Shown: positions 37,551-50,317 of the stretch, one piece after another | Layout: each line of letters begins with the position of its first letter | Numbering within the stretch: the stretch's first letter is position 1 | Assembly: GCA_002269645.1 (NCBI GenBank) | Contig: NIVC01000500.1 | Span: 229,561-293,560 of the forward strand | DNA: 64,000 nucleotides | DNA from: Macrostomum lignano | Lineage: Eukaryota | Direction of reading: 5' to 3' | The notes under the pieces: model-generated | What the model was told of the DNA's origin: nothing | What the model saw: only the letters and a program-made list of their open reading frames with translations | Database searches by the model: none | Made by a program: the position numbers and the translations under genes

Positions 37551-37709
37551 ATTGGTAGAACCCACACTCTACTTCTCATTCGGGGTGCCGAATTGGGTGT
37601 TTGGGTGCAATTCCTTTTTTCTGCCCTAGCAAGCGGGCGGCAGTCTATCGATTGTAAGCTCCGCGGGAACCATGAAAGGTATGCAAGTTTGACACCTGCC
37701 CGTGTCCGC

Positions 37710-37711
<2 letters not shown>

Positions 37712-37772
<61 letters not shown>
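37712..37772. repeat. (CT)n microsatellite
   Basis: Direct. Confidence 0.97.
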
Positions 37773-37776
<4 letters not shown>

Positions 37777-37967
37777 ACGTTCGATTCTGGGTCTCAGCAA
37801 GTTTCTCTACCTCAGCTCCCAAAACCCCACCCAATATAAAGTCCCGTTCGCAATCAATAGCTTTTTTGTCTGGAATTCTTCCTTCAATGAATTTTCTGCA
37901 TAGTTTTAAAGCTCTGCTGTCTAGCGACTCTAACATGTAGCAGCTTTCAGCACTCTTGTCTACCAGC

Positions 37968-38580
37968 TCTCCATCTCCCTCCCCTCTCATTCCCTCTCCC
38001 CCTCTCATCCCCTCTCCCTTCTCATTCCCTCTCCCCTCTCTCATTCTCTCCCCTCTCTCATTCTCTTCCCTCTCTCATTCTCTCCCCTCTCTCATTCTCT
38101 CCCTCTCTCATTCTCTCCCCTCTCTCATTCCTCTCCCTCTCTCATTCCCTCCCTCCCCTCTCATCCCCTCTCCCTTCTCATCCCTCTCCCTTCTCATTCC
38201 CTCTCCTCTCTTCTCATTCCCTCTCCCCTCTCTCATTCTCTCCCCTCTCTCATTCCTCTCCCTCTCTCATTCTCTCCCCTCTCTCATTCCCTCTCCCCTC
38301 TCTCATTCTCTCCTCTCTCTCATCCCCTCTCCCTTCTCATTCCCTCTCCCCTTTCTCATTTCCTCTCCCCTCTCTCATTCTCTCCCCTCTCTCATTCCCT
38401 CTCCCCTCTCTCATTCTCTCCTCTCTCTCATCCCCTCTCATTCCCTCTCCCCTTTCTCATTTCCTCTCCCCTCTCTCATTCTCTCCCCTCCTCATTCCCT
38501 CTCCCCTCTCTCATTCTCTCCCCTCTCTCATTCTCTCTCCCCTCTCATTCCCTCTCTCCCCCACTCTACCTCTCATTCTC
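37968..38580. repeat. CT-rich degenerate repeat (CTCTCATTCCCTCTCCC)
   Basis: Direct. Confidence 0.9.
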
Positions 38581-39034
38581 TCATAGGTGTATATTCGCAG
38601 GAGTTTAAAAAGCTTGGTTACTTTGTAATTAAGGCCTATGTTGTATCTCAACTTCCAGTCTACGTAAGAGCCGCCTTGCCTGTCTATACGCAGTGTTTGC
38701 CAAAGCGATTGCAAAATTATATATTGCTGCATTAGTGCATCACGTGAGGCTCAATGAAACTGCTAATTATTATATACCTTCTATAGTTATCGATTATACC
38801 CCCTTGCTTGTCAGAAACCTGCGCCATGCACCTCTGCCATAGCGTGTTGCTCAAAGTTAAGCTGAGCTAAATTAGTCAGTTAATTGCTTGCCCTTTTGGG
38901 TGAAGTATTGCTTCTGCCGCCTCATGTGCGCCCCAGCTATTCGGAAGCAAAATTAAAGACTGAGGGGACTGATTGAAGGCCGGGCAACGGGAGAGCAGAG
39001 TTTTCAAAACAGTTTTTTCTACATTCAAGGAATG

Positions 39035-40085
39035 AAGGGAGCTCCGATACTGGCAGATAAAGGGAGCTCAGATACTGGAGATGAAGGGAGCTTAGATACA
39101 GGAGATAAAGGGAGCTCAGATACTGGAGATAAAGGGAGCTCAGATACAGGAGATAAAGGGAGCTCAGATACTGGAGATGAAGGGACTCAGATAGGAGATA
39201 AGGGAGCTCAGATACTGAGATGAAGGGAGCTCAGATACTGGAGATGAAGGGAGCTCAGATACTGGAGATAAAGGGAGCTCAGATACTGGAGATAAAGGGA
39301 GCTCAGATACTGGAGATAAAGGGAGCTCAGATACAGGAGATAAAGGGAGCTCAGATACTGGAGATGAAGGGAGCTCAGATACAAGGAGATAAAGGGAGCT
39401 CAGATACTGGAGATTAAGGGAGCTCAGATACTGGAGATGAAGGGAGCTCAGATACAGGAGATAAAAGTGAGCTCAGATACTGGATGAAGGGAGCTCAGAT
39501 ACTGGAGATAAGGGAGCTCAGATACTGGAGATAAGGGAGCTCAGATACTGGAGATAAATGAGCTCAGATACTGGAGATAAAAGTGAGCTCAGATACTGGA
39601 GATAAAGGAGCTCAGATACTGGAGATAAAGGGAGCTCAGATACTGGAGATAAAGGGAGCTCAGATACTGGAGATAAAGGGAGCTCAGATACTGGAGATGA
39701 AAGGGAATTCAGATACGGGATGGAGGATGAAGAATTGAGATACTCTGAGATGAGAATTCAGATACTGGAGATGAAGGGAATTCAGATACTGGAGATAAAG
39801 GGAGCTTAGATACTAAAGATGTAGGGAGCTCCGATACTGGAGAAGGGAACTCAGATACTGGAGATGAAGGGAGCTCAGATACTGGAGATAAAGGGAGCTT
39901 AGATACTAAAGATGTAGGGAGCTCCGATACTGGAGATGAAGGGAACTCAGATACTGGAGATAAAAGGAAGTCAGATAGTGGAGATAATAGGAGCTCAAAT
40001 ACTGGAGATGAAGGGAGCTTAGATACTGGAGATGAAGGAAGCTCAGATACTGGAGATGAAGGGAGTTCAGATGCTGAAGATGAAG
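39035..40085. repeat. 24-bp minisatellite (AAGGGAGCTCAGATACTGGAGAT[A/G])
   Basis: Tandem units. Confidence 0.95.
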
Positions 40086-40776
40086 CTTATTTTATCAAAA
40101 GTATATCAAAAGAACCCTATTTAGTGGGCCTATTCATCGTGTACTTTTATTTAGCAACGTCCAAGCCATCAATCTTTCAACCCCGGTGCATTACCAGTGT
40201 ATACAATTTTTAAACGCAGAAATTTGCTGCAGGAAAAAAGCTAATCTTCCTTTTCGAGCCTTGTAGACAAAAATCAGGCATGAAAAATGGAGCCAAGCAA
40301 ACTGACGTTGCTTCTGCGGAAAAGGGGATTTTTCTTCTTCCCATCCTAATTTTTCCCAGGGTCGGTCCAACGACACCAATGTTTTTCCCTTCGGTTTTCG
40401 CGCTTACCTCTTGAATGCACAAGAGGTTGACAGGCCTGGGAGCGACAAGGGCGCGGGCGCGGGCGTCGAGTCTTTTCTTGCGCAAGGGAAAGGAATCCTC
40501 TCCCTTCATCTCCATCTTGCACTGATGGGATGTTACCAGGCAATATCGAGATTTTTCGACGGGATTTTTTAAAAAGCAGTCAAAGATAACCGTTATCTCC
40601 GCCGCCTCCACTTAGCCTGGCCGAGTGACCAGTTGGACTTTTCCAAGCCGATGAGGGCGCGCCGTGACTGGCAGATTCTTGGGGGCTTGCTTAAAGTTCG
40701 CCCCACCCACCCCCCGTGCCGAGCCTCGCTGACTGCTTAATGAGCTTGAGGCCTCAGCAGCCTCTGCAGCCTCTGC

Positions 40777-40784
40777 AGACAGAC

Positions 40785-40881
<97 letters not shown>

Positions 40882-40906
40882 CTAAGACAGAAACTGACAG
40901 AAAGGC

Positions 40907-40973
<67 letters not shown>
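40777..40973. repeat. (GACA)n microsatellite
   Basis: Direct. Confidence 0.97.
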
Positions 40974-41274
40974 GCGGTGAGTTGTGTAAAACTTGGTTCA
41001 CCTTCTCTTGAACAATACTGTGCATAAGATTCTATTTTTATCCATCAGCTGCCATTTGCCTTTTTAAACTGCAGAGGTTGGTACGAGATTGGACAGGAAA
41101 TGAGGGCTGGATAAGCGTTGCCTTTGCAGTCGCGCCTTTTCAGAACTTTTGCCTGCCGCTGAATTCTGATTGACAGTAAATGCCAGAGTGACAGGCGCTT
41201 TTGGGACTCATAGGCAGGCTTGAATTAAACTGATATTAAACTGATTGGTAAGAAGAGAGCGAAATAAAAGCAGG

Positions 41275-41490
41275 GTGAGAGAGAGGAGGAGGAGGGAGAG
41301 GAGGGTGAGGGAGAGGAGGTGAAGGAGAGGAGGGTGAGGGAGAGGAGGGTGAGGGAGAGGAGGGTGAGGGAGAGGAGGGTGAGGGAGAGGAGGGTGAGGG
41401 AGAGGGAGAGAAGAGTGAGGGAGAGGGAGAGGAGGGTGAGGGAGAGTAGGTGAAGGAGAGGAGGGTGAGGAGAGGAGGGTGAGAGACAGC
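41275..41490. repeat. 15-bp purine repeat (GAGGGTGAGGGAGAG)
   Basis: Direct. Confidence 0.9.
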
Positions 41491-41856
41491 AGGGTGATGG
41501 AGTGCAGTAAATATAAAGGGTTCGCATTTCACAGAATGCAATGCAATGAAAGACAGCACGTCCTGAACTGAGAAATGGCATCCTGAATCGGGTCCTTGGA
41601 TGAGATTTAATTACATCCTGCTTCTGGGAATTAAGAGTTAGCCCATGTAGAGACTGCAAAGACAAAGATTTGTGTCAGATGCATATTAGGTTTAGCCGCT
41701 TTCGCTAGCTAATTCCGCATAAATCTGTGTGCTTGTTGAAAGCTAACCGTTTGTTCACTTTTAGCTAGTGAACCCGCTTTGCTACCTGCACAGTACTGTT
41801 TCTAAGATACCTGTAATCCTAAAGCTTCATAATTGTTAAGCATTTCTGCTTTGTAG

Positions 41857-41916
41857 ACGAGGTGCTGCTTGAGAGGATCAGCGGCTCAGGCCTCAGCGCC
41901 TCCGGCCTGGGCAGAG
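41857..41916 (+). CDS. 60-nt symmetric exon (DEVLLERISGSGLSASGLGR)
   Basis: Acceptor tttctgctttgtag|AC, donor AGAG|GTAATT, phase 1-1, GC-rich island. Confidence 0.6.
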
Positions 41917-42094
41917 GTAATTGCTTTGCGATTCTTGTTGTCTCTGGCTTCACCGTTGTTGTGCGTCTACTTTAATCACTGTGTAACCCAATGCTAATCT
42001 CAGATCTTAACAATCGCTTTATTAACCTAATTTGCATCGATTTTTTGCTTTTTTAGTTTGAGATAAGACTTAAGATAGAGTGGTAAAGAAGTAC

Positions 42095-42600
42095 AGGGGA
42101 GATGAGAGGAAGAGTGACACAGGGGGAGATGAGAGGTAGATTCGATAGAGGGGGAGACAAGAGGTAGAGTCGATAGAGGGGGGGATGAGAGGTAGAGTCG
42201 GTAGAGGGGGAGACAAGAGGTAGAGTCGATAGAGGGGGAGACAAGAGGTAGAGTCGATAGAGGGGGGGATGAGAGGTAGAGTCGATAGAGGGGGAGACAA
42301 GAGGTAGAGTCGATAGAGGGGGGGATGAGAGGTAGAGTCGGTAGAGGGGGAGACAAGAGGTAGAGTCGATAGAGGGGGAAACAAGAGGTAGAGTCGATAG
42401 AGTTGGAGATGAGAGGTAGAGTTGATAGAGTTGGAGATGAGAGGTAGAGTTGATAGAGTTGGAGACAAGAGGTAGAGTCATTAGAGGGGGAGATGAGAGG
42501 TAGAGTCGATAGAGGGGGAGATGAGAGGTAGAGTCGATAGAGTTGGAGACAAGAGGTAGAGTCGGTAGAGGGGGAGATGAGAAGTAGAGTGGGTAACAGA
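42095..42600. repeat. 28-bp minisatellite (GAGGTAGAGTCGATAGAGGGGGAGACAA)
   Basis: Period 28 at 42245, 42273 and 42301. Confidence 0.93.
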
Positions 42601-43169
42601 GGAGAAGATGAGAGGAGGCAGTTAGGGAAGTGAGCAGACAGAGGCGCCCACAAAGCTGAGCAGTTTTGGCTGAGCAGTCAAAAGCGGACGCTCGCGTCAA
42701 AGTTCTCAACAAGGGAAAAATCAACAGAGAAGTGCAGCTTCTCTCTAATCACTGATGGGAAAGGGAGGCATGCGTGCGGCATGAAATCCCGGCGATGTTT
42801 TTTTCATCATGCCCCATCTCAGGCCCGTGCAGCCTCCCTGCTGACGCAAGCGCGTGCATCGGACAAAGAGGCGAACCACCGACCGCTGAAATTTTTTTGA
42901 GCGTCACGGAGGTGCACAAGAATGAGGGCTGCCCCTCCCCCGCCGCTTTGTGCTCATAGGGCCGCCTTCTTGGCTCAGCAAAGTACTTTTGTCCCCTTAG
43001 CCAGGTATTGAGCTGCGTATCGAGGAAGTAACTATGCGGCGATTCACTAAAGATCTGTGCACGAATGCGAACAAAACTAAGCTAATATTTTCCGTTGAAA
43101 GGCTTCTTCTAAAAATAGAAATAATTGTTAACTGGTCCCTGTGAGGCCTGGATATATTTATTATTCACT

Positions 43170-43339
43170 NNNNNNNNNNNNNNNNNNNNNNNNNNNNNNN
43201 NNNNNNNNNNNNNNNNNNNNNNNNNNNNNNNNNNNNNNNNNNNNNNNNNNNNNNNNNNNNNNNNNNNNNNNNNNNNNNNNNNNNNNNNNNNNNNNNNNNN
43301 NNNNNNNNNNNNNNNNNNNNNNNNNNNNNNNNNNNNNNN
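43170..43339. other. Assembly gap (170 N)
   Basis: Run of N. Confidence 1.
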
Positions 43340-43637
43340 TCTCACTCCATCTAATCTTACCTCAATATAAACTCCTACATCTAATCTCATCCCCTTAATC
43401 TCAAACCCCATCTTATAATCAACCCAATTCATCTCACAAAATCTAATCTCATCCAATAAATCTCACTTTATCAAATCTCACCTCATCTAGTCTCAGAACG
43501 TCTTATCTCAGAGCTATCTAACCACATCCCATCTAATCTCATCCTCAATCTCACACCATAACTATCTCACACCAATATAATCTTGCCCATAGCTTATCTC
43601 AATCCCACGTCTTACCTCTAATCTCACCCAAACGCAG

Positions 43638-43975
43638 GCTCGGGCCACCACACGGCCATCTCCCGCTCCCTGACCATGGACAGCTTCCTTCAGGACATCA
43701 AGGCCTCCGAAAGATTTCGCCGCCGACGAAACGCGATGCACGATCTCGACGTTGCCGAGCTTGGCGCCGACGTTGGCGCTTCTATCCGGCGCCGCGGTGG
43801 CGCCGGCGGCGGAGCGTCCTTCGATTCCGTCGGCGACGACGCAAAGCCAGTCGCGCGGCGGCGGCGGCGGCGGCGGCGCTGGCAGCGGCGAATCGGCGGA
43901 GTCGGCGAGAAGCCGACGAAAATCGGCGCACGAGCATCGACACGTCGGCAGGGATCTTTATCCCCTGGCAGATGA
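43638..43975 (+). CDS. Terminal exon with a PKI-like pseudosubstrate motif
   Basis: Acceptor aaacgcag|GC, phase 1; DIKASERFRRRRNAMHDL. C-terminal frame uncertain at the (GCG)n tract. Confidence 0.6.
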
Positions 43976-44057
43976 GGAGGCCGGGGAGGGCTGCTCGACT
44001 GGCACTTAGCGACTGGCGATCGAGTATCCGGTGGCCTCATCACCCTGCGTGTGCTTT

Positions 44058-44556
44058 CAAGGACAACTTAAGTAGAAGGACGCTACACTCGAAATCTATT
44101 GTAAATGTTTTGAAGGCAACTTTTCGCCGAAAAATACACTACAGAGATAGGAAATTTCACGATTTTCAACACTAAAACAGTGATAGGGTCTCTTAACAGT
44201 GTCAGAGAAAGCTCTAATCGCACTATTTTGTGCCTCACATGCTGCTCTAACGACGCATTAATCGATTTTTCATGTTAAATTGGTCTTGTCATTATTGTAA
44301 ACGTTCTTTCAAGTGACAGACCGATTTAACATGAAAAATCGATTAATGTGTCGTTAGAGCAGCATGTGAGGCACAAAATAGTGTGATCAGAACTTTCTCT
44401 GACACTGTTAAGAGACCCAATCACTGTTTTAGTGTTGAAAATCGTGAAATTTCCTATCTCTGTAGTGTATTTTTCGGCGAAAAGTTGCCTTCAAAGCATT
44501 TACCGTAGATTTCGAGTGTATAGCGTCCTATATATATGTTACTTGAGTAGTCCTTG
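44058..44556. mobile_element. Near-perfect palindrome / foldback MITE, arms of about 230 bp
   Basis: 44058-44291 pairs with the reverse complement of 44313-44556. No clear TSD. Confidence 0.8.
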
Positions 44557-44840
44557 TGTACTTTTAAACTGGCTCGATTCTCCCATAGCTTAATGTCGCA
44601 TATATGTCTATAATTTTGTTGTAATTGAAAGTTTTGTTTGTTTTTGTTTTAATCGAACACATTTATTTGTTTGGATTACCTACTTTCTAAGAAAGCCCTG
44701 TTACGCAATATTCGATGCAATAATTTTTGAAGTTTCGCTCTTTCCAATGCAGTAAATCTCATGGAAATTTTTGTGGCGATGTTAAATTTTTGAAGCTCAA
44801 TCTCATGTTTCCCAGCTTCCTGTCGCGCCATATTGTATCG

Positions 44841-45560
44841 GAAATCTCAACTTCCACACCGGAAGTCTCACACCTTCCACACCGGAAGTCTCACCTTCCA
44901 CACCGGAAGTCTCACACCTTCCATACCGGAAGACTCACACCTTCCACACCGGAAATCTCACCTTCCAAATAGGAAATCTCATACCTTCCACACTGGAAGT
45001 CTCACAACTTTCACACAGGATATCCCATAACTTCCACACTGGAAATCTCACACCTTCTTCACAGGAAATCTCACACCTTCCAAATAGGAAGTCTCACACC
45101 TTCCACATTGGAAATCTCACACCTTCCAAATAGGAAGTCTCACACCTTCCAAATAGGAAGTCTCACACCTTCCACATTGGAAATCTCACACCTTCCAAAT
45201 AGGAAGTCTCACACCTTCCAAATAGGAAGTCTCACACCTTCCACATTGGAAATCTCACACCTTCCAAATAGGAAGTCTCACACCTTCCACACTGGAAATC
45301 TCACACCTTCCAAATAGGAAGTCTCACACCTTCCAAATAGGAAGTCTCACACCTTCCACACTGGAAATCTCACACCTTCCACACAGGAAATCTCACACCT
45401 TCCAAATAGGAAGTCTCATACCTTCCACATTGGAAATCTCACAAATTTCACAGAGGAAATCTCAACTGCCACACAAAAAATCTCACACTTTCCACATCGG
45501 AAATCTCACACCTTTCACACCGGAATTATTATGACTTCCACATCGGAAATCTCATGCCTA
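44841..45560. repeat. 23-bp minisatellite (GGAAGTCTCACACCTTCCAAATA)
   Basis: Tandem units. Confidence 0.93.
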
Positions 45561-46039
45561 GCAGTCGGAATATCAAATTCCGAAGTAATTTTTCTGATCC
45601 AGCATCCTTCACAACATCACCCATGAATTGTAAAATCATCTGCAAATTGTTTTGTTATATCTGGTAATCTGGATTATGATATTTATTAAAAAGTAGAAAA
45701 TACACTAACAATTTGGCAGAGATTTCATCACTATATAATTTTCTCAAACAAACTTGTGATTCTCGAATGTAATATTTTTTATTACTTTAATAGATTAAAA
45801 TTATTTTGAATTTGCACTTTTCTATTGCTTTCAGTGTCTGTGTCTGGCAATATTGATTTTGTGTCCTGCGGCAGATCCCATTTTGTCAATTGAACTTCAG
45901 AAACTAAATATAACTCTGTTCTCTGCAATTCAGCAATCTTGCATGCCCGTGACTTCAGTTAATTATTTATTGACTGTCGGAGCGGAATTTAATCGCCTCT
46001 GTTCGCTTTCGAACCCTCACAGTTATTAAATAAGCAGTA

Positions 46040-46710
46040 ACTCTCCCTCTCTATCCCCTTCTCACTCTCCCACTCCACTCCCGCTCTCCCATTCTACTTC
46101 TCCCACTCTACCTCTCCCCCTCTCCTACTCTCCCTCTCCATCCCCTTCTCACTCTCCCACTCCACTCCCGCTCTCCCACTCTACCTCTCCCCCTCTCCCA
46201 CTCTCCCTCTCCATCCCCTTCTCACTCTCCCACTCCACTCCCGCTCTCCCACTCTACTTCTCCCACTCTACCTCTCCCCCTCTCCCACTCTCCCTCTCCA
46301 TCCCCTTCTCCCTCTCCCACTCTACCTCTCCCCCTCTCCCACTCTCCCTCTCCATCCCCTTCTCACTCTCCCACTCCACTCTCCCTCTCCCACTCAACTT
46401 CTCCCACTCTACCTCTCCCCCTCTCCCACTCTCCCTCTCTCACTTTCCCAATCCACTCTCCCTCTCCAACTCCACTCTCCCACCCTGCTCCCTCCCCACT
46501 CTACCTCTCCATCCCCTTCTCAATCTCCCACTCCACTCTCCCACCCCACTCTCCCTCCCCACTCTACCTCTCCATCCCCTTCTCACTCTCCCACTCTACC
46601 TCCCCCCTCTCCCACCCTCCCTCTCTCACTCTCCCTCTCCTACTCTTCCTCTCCTTCTACCCACTCTCCACCCCACTCTTCTTCTCTACATCTCTCACCC
46701 TCTCTCCCAC
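46040..46710. repeat. CT-rich compound repeat (CTCCCACTCTACCTCTCCCC)
   Basis: Direct. Confidence 0.9.
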
Positions 46711-47104
46711 TCTCCCCTTGACCCAGTACATGTCTCAGCTTTCCCCATCTACATGTACAGCTTCATCCTCAGTCCCCTGCTTCACTAACCGGCACTTCAG
46801 TCTTCTCGAAGAGTCTAAGAAGCACACTTATTGTGCTTTAAGTGGCCAGCTCTGGTCTTAAGCACTACTCTCTTTTTGAGCAGCTTTTCCGCTAGAAACT
46901 TTACTGGTAATATCATAATATTATATAGCTTACTGCTGAAAAATAATCGCCAATCGGTATAATGAATTAAACATGGGCTGCTCTTTTTAAGAACCATTTC
47001 TTTAGAAGCGTCGTGAAAACGAGAATCAAACAAGAAAACTGGCGGATCTTCTTATACTACTGAGTCGGGCAAATCAATAGTAAGGTTAGAATATTGAATA
47101 GACG

Positions 47105-47410
47105 CAGGGGGCGTCGCCATGGATTTACAGTGGTGGGGAAGAAGCCAAGAATTCTACATGTACATTATTTTGGGAATCGTTGTGGTTAGCACTCATTTTG
47201 GCGCCACAGGCACTCATCTTGGCGCCACAGACACTCATTTTGGCGCTTCAGGCACTCATCTTGGCGCCACAGACACTCATTTTGGCGCCAAATGCGCTAC
47301 ATCTTGGCGCTCTGAAGCAAAATTATTGATTTCCATCACGGGTCACAGTCACAATTTGAGGTGGGGGACAAAGCATTGGCATGCCCCCCCCCCCGGTGGC
47401 GACGCTCCTG
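47105..47410. mobile_element. hAT-type MITE related to 19452-19666
   Basis: TIRs CAGGGGGCGTCGCCA / TGGCGACGCTCCTG. Flanks AATAGACG / AATAGACC (7 of 8 match). Same 21-bp internal repeat, inverted. Confidence 0.75.
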
Positions 47411-47984
47411 AATAGACCAACTGAAACATTAAATTAATTCGCAAGACGAAAAGTTTTTAGAAATATACTATTTATACGATTTACACTACTCACTAAAAGC
47501 TTCAGTAGTGCATTTTGCTTGCGATAAAATTAATTTAAGAATGAGCTAAATTTATTTCGCCAACATTACGCTCGTAATCGTATTGCTCAGCTTAGAAAGC
47601 AATTCTTTACTTTTTATTGCGCGCGAGTTTCGTAATGCCAAAACTTTTCGAGTCTGTTCCAGCTTAGCACTCGATTTACTGTCTAGATATGCGCAGATTT
47701 TTATTTTTGTTGTCCATCTCCATGTTGTTGGCCAGGCATATTTGGAATTTCACCTGGCTTGGCATTGGCTGTTAACCATATATAGTCAGAAGAATTCTTG
47801 ACGAAATGGTGCCAGAATGACCAAATATGGACTTGCTGAGATTTTGGCTGGAGCAGTTTCAGAAACAAAAAATACATTTAGATCCATTAAAAATATTAGT
47901 CATGCTGCCTTAGTTTCTAAGCAGACAATATTACCTTCCATACTTAAATATTAACCGCATAACGACAAGATCTTGACTGTCACA

Positions 47985-48270
47985 TGACCCCACTGACCCT
48001 CCTTATGATCCCACTGAGTCTCTCATGACCCCGGACTCTCCCATGACCCCGACTGAGTCTCCCATGTCCCCCACTGACTTATTGAATGAATTACCCCACC
48101 GACTCTCGAACATCACTGACTCTCCCATGACCCACTGACTCTCCCATGACCCCAAGGACTCTCCTTTATGACCCCTTTGAGTCTCCCATGACTCCATTGA
48201 GTCTTCCATGACCCCACTGACTCTCCCATGACCCCACTGACTCTCCCATGACCCGACTGACCCAACTAGA
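47985..48270. repeat. Degenerate ~20-bp repeat (GACTCTCCCATGACCCCACT)
   Basis: Direct. Confidence 0.85.
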
Positions 48271-49451
48271 TTCTCTATGACCTCAGCAATCCCCCTTTTA
48301 CCTTACTGACTGATCAAATGTAAAAGGTCCCAATAACTCCATTAACTGACTCCGTCACACAACTCCCGCACTAAACTGCATGTTTTTCTGACTACTCAAT
48401 TTACTATCTCCACTCCCCAACTATTCACCAACTCTCATGCTCAATCTCAATCTATAGACAACTGAAGTAGCTACTCGATTTTTATTAGAAATCGATCCAT
48501 ACGTTCTTTACCGTGGCCTCCTTGCTCATTTCCAAGAAACTCGAGTTGTACTTCAGTGTGTTCACGACTTAATCAAGCCCCAGCAACACCTTATTCATGT
48601 ACATAACTACTGTACCAATCCTTGTGACTGCAGACTGCATTCCAATTAACGGCCGCAGATTTTAGCTCTCCGAGTTCTCTTTTTTTAGCAGACACTTGCG
48701 CGTACACTAAATTGTTATATTCTGCCAGCTGCAAGCAAGGACGGCTGCACTGTGTCTGTAGCCAGGCACTTAAAATTGCTGTACGTGCTGTATGTGCCTG
48801 TGTGTACGAGTCAGTAACAGAACTTCCCTATGTATGTAGGTACAATTCTGGCGCAGACGTACAATTGTTAACAAGTGTAAGCCCTCCTCCATACCACTAA
48901 ATCAATGACAGAAGAGGATAGCTAGAGGATATGAAAGATGCGAGAAGAAAGATAAGATCAATGCGATGAGAGAGAAGATAATAGCCGACCCCTCCATTTG
49001 AACCGAAAGACCAACAAAACGAAAACGTTTCTTAAGCATTTTTAATAAAACAATTATAAATTGAGGCAGTTTATACGTTTTTGTTATAGTTTTTATTTTC
49101 AGCTTGTTTTTTTATTTTTTTGACTAAGTTTTTTACGACGATTAAACAGAAGTGTTAAAAAAACAATGAATGAGCTTAGTTGATGAATGATTAATGACAT
49201 GATATAGTTTCGCAAATCCATCGAATACATACTGACACTAAACTTCCAATTACAAAGCCCAGTGGCTTGTAGCCTATGGTACAAATTGAATATACAGTTT
49301 GACTTCGAATTAAAACAAATAGTATGGCAAACTTTTTGTTGAAGCAAATATACAAACGAATAAATGAGATCGCGCGGTGAAGTGAAAGTGGATAATAAAA
49401 GACAAGACACGCCAGAAGAATTGTCTTTTAAACTCTCATTTGTGCTTGCTT

Positions 49452-49838
49452 TCAGTTGGCCGGCTTCTTTTGCTGCTGTTGCTGCTGCTGGCCGTGACTC
49501 TTCCGCTTCTGCAGCTGGCCCATCCGGCAGACCCGGTCACGGCAGGCCTGGCACGTGGCCGAATTGTGCTCCTTCTTCGGATGGCCCATCCGACGGTCTA
49601 CGCGCTTCCTGCGGACCGGCATGCCGTAGTACAGGTGGCCGACTTGATGGTACAGGTTCTCGATGACCTTCTCAACCTCCTCCTGGTACCAGATTGCGTG
49701 CTCATAGTACTGACTATTGCAGTCGGTACACTTCTGGCCGTACAGCTTGAAATGAACGTAGCCCTCGTTCTTGGCGTCGTCTTTGTACACCCAGAAGACC
49801 ACTTGGCCGCCCATGCTAGTCCAGGCTTTTTGGCATTT
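49452..49838 (-). CDS. Exon 3, RTP-type zf-3CxxC protein
   Basis: Acceptor tttacag|AAA; KCQKAWTS, GQKCTDC, HNSATCQAC; poly-Q; TGA. Confidence 0.9.
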   Translation of the reverse strand, partial: KCQKAWTSMGGQVVFWVYKDDAKNEGYVHFKLYGQKCTDCNSQYYEHAIWYQEEVEKVIENLYHQVGHLYYGMPVRRKRVDRRMGHPKKEHNSATCQACRDRVCRMGQLQKRKSHGQQQQQQQKKPAN

Positions 49839-49998
49839 CTGTAAATAAACAAATTTAAATCTACTGTTAGTAGGCGTCGTAGCATATAAACGGATTTTTT
49901 TCTCAAAACAAAAAAGTTTTTAATCTAGCAAACTTATTTGTGTATTTTATTGCAAAATGAAGATAGAAATGAAAGAGAAACAAAAGCTCAGCACTTAC

Positions 49999-50167
49999 GT
50001 AGCAGATGAAGCGGACTTTGGCCTGATCTTTGAAGTAGCGCCACTGATTCCTGGGGATGCCAGTGTTGTCAACGTCCGGCGGGTCGAACACCGGGAATAG
50101 GTGCCAGCTACCGAACGAAAATCGGCTGAAAAAATCCACGAAGCGTTCGTGCCAGACGATTTCCATT
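49999..50167 (-). CDS. Exon 2, zf-3CxxC protein
   Basis: Acceptor ctttcag|A, donor TAC|GTAAGT. AKVRFICY joins KC to form the first CxxC. Confidence 0.9.
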
Positions 50168-50317
50168 CTGAAAGATTGAAGATAATTTAAATTTATTGAA
50201 GTTGATTTAGTTTTAAAGTAGGATCTCAAGTTAATAATAATAGTAAAGAATTCGCGTTTAGCTATGTGTACTATCGATACATATCGGCAGAGAATAAGTA
50301 ATTGAGAAAATACTTAC

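Noticed and set aside
3-43975. A PKA/cilium gene cluster (EFCAB7-like, AKAP-like, PKI-like)
   Set aside because: Two of the three functions are motif-level inferences, the genes are tens of kb apart, and co-location in animal genomes is weak evidence without synteny.
47690-48730. Possible minus-strand exons (LAEYNNLVY..., VNTLKYNSSF..., PKSQQVHIWSFW...)
   Set aside because: In-frame stops and frame changes; no recognisable family.
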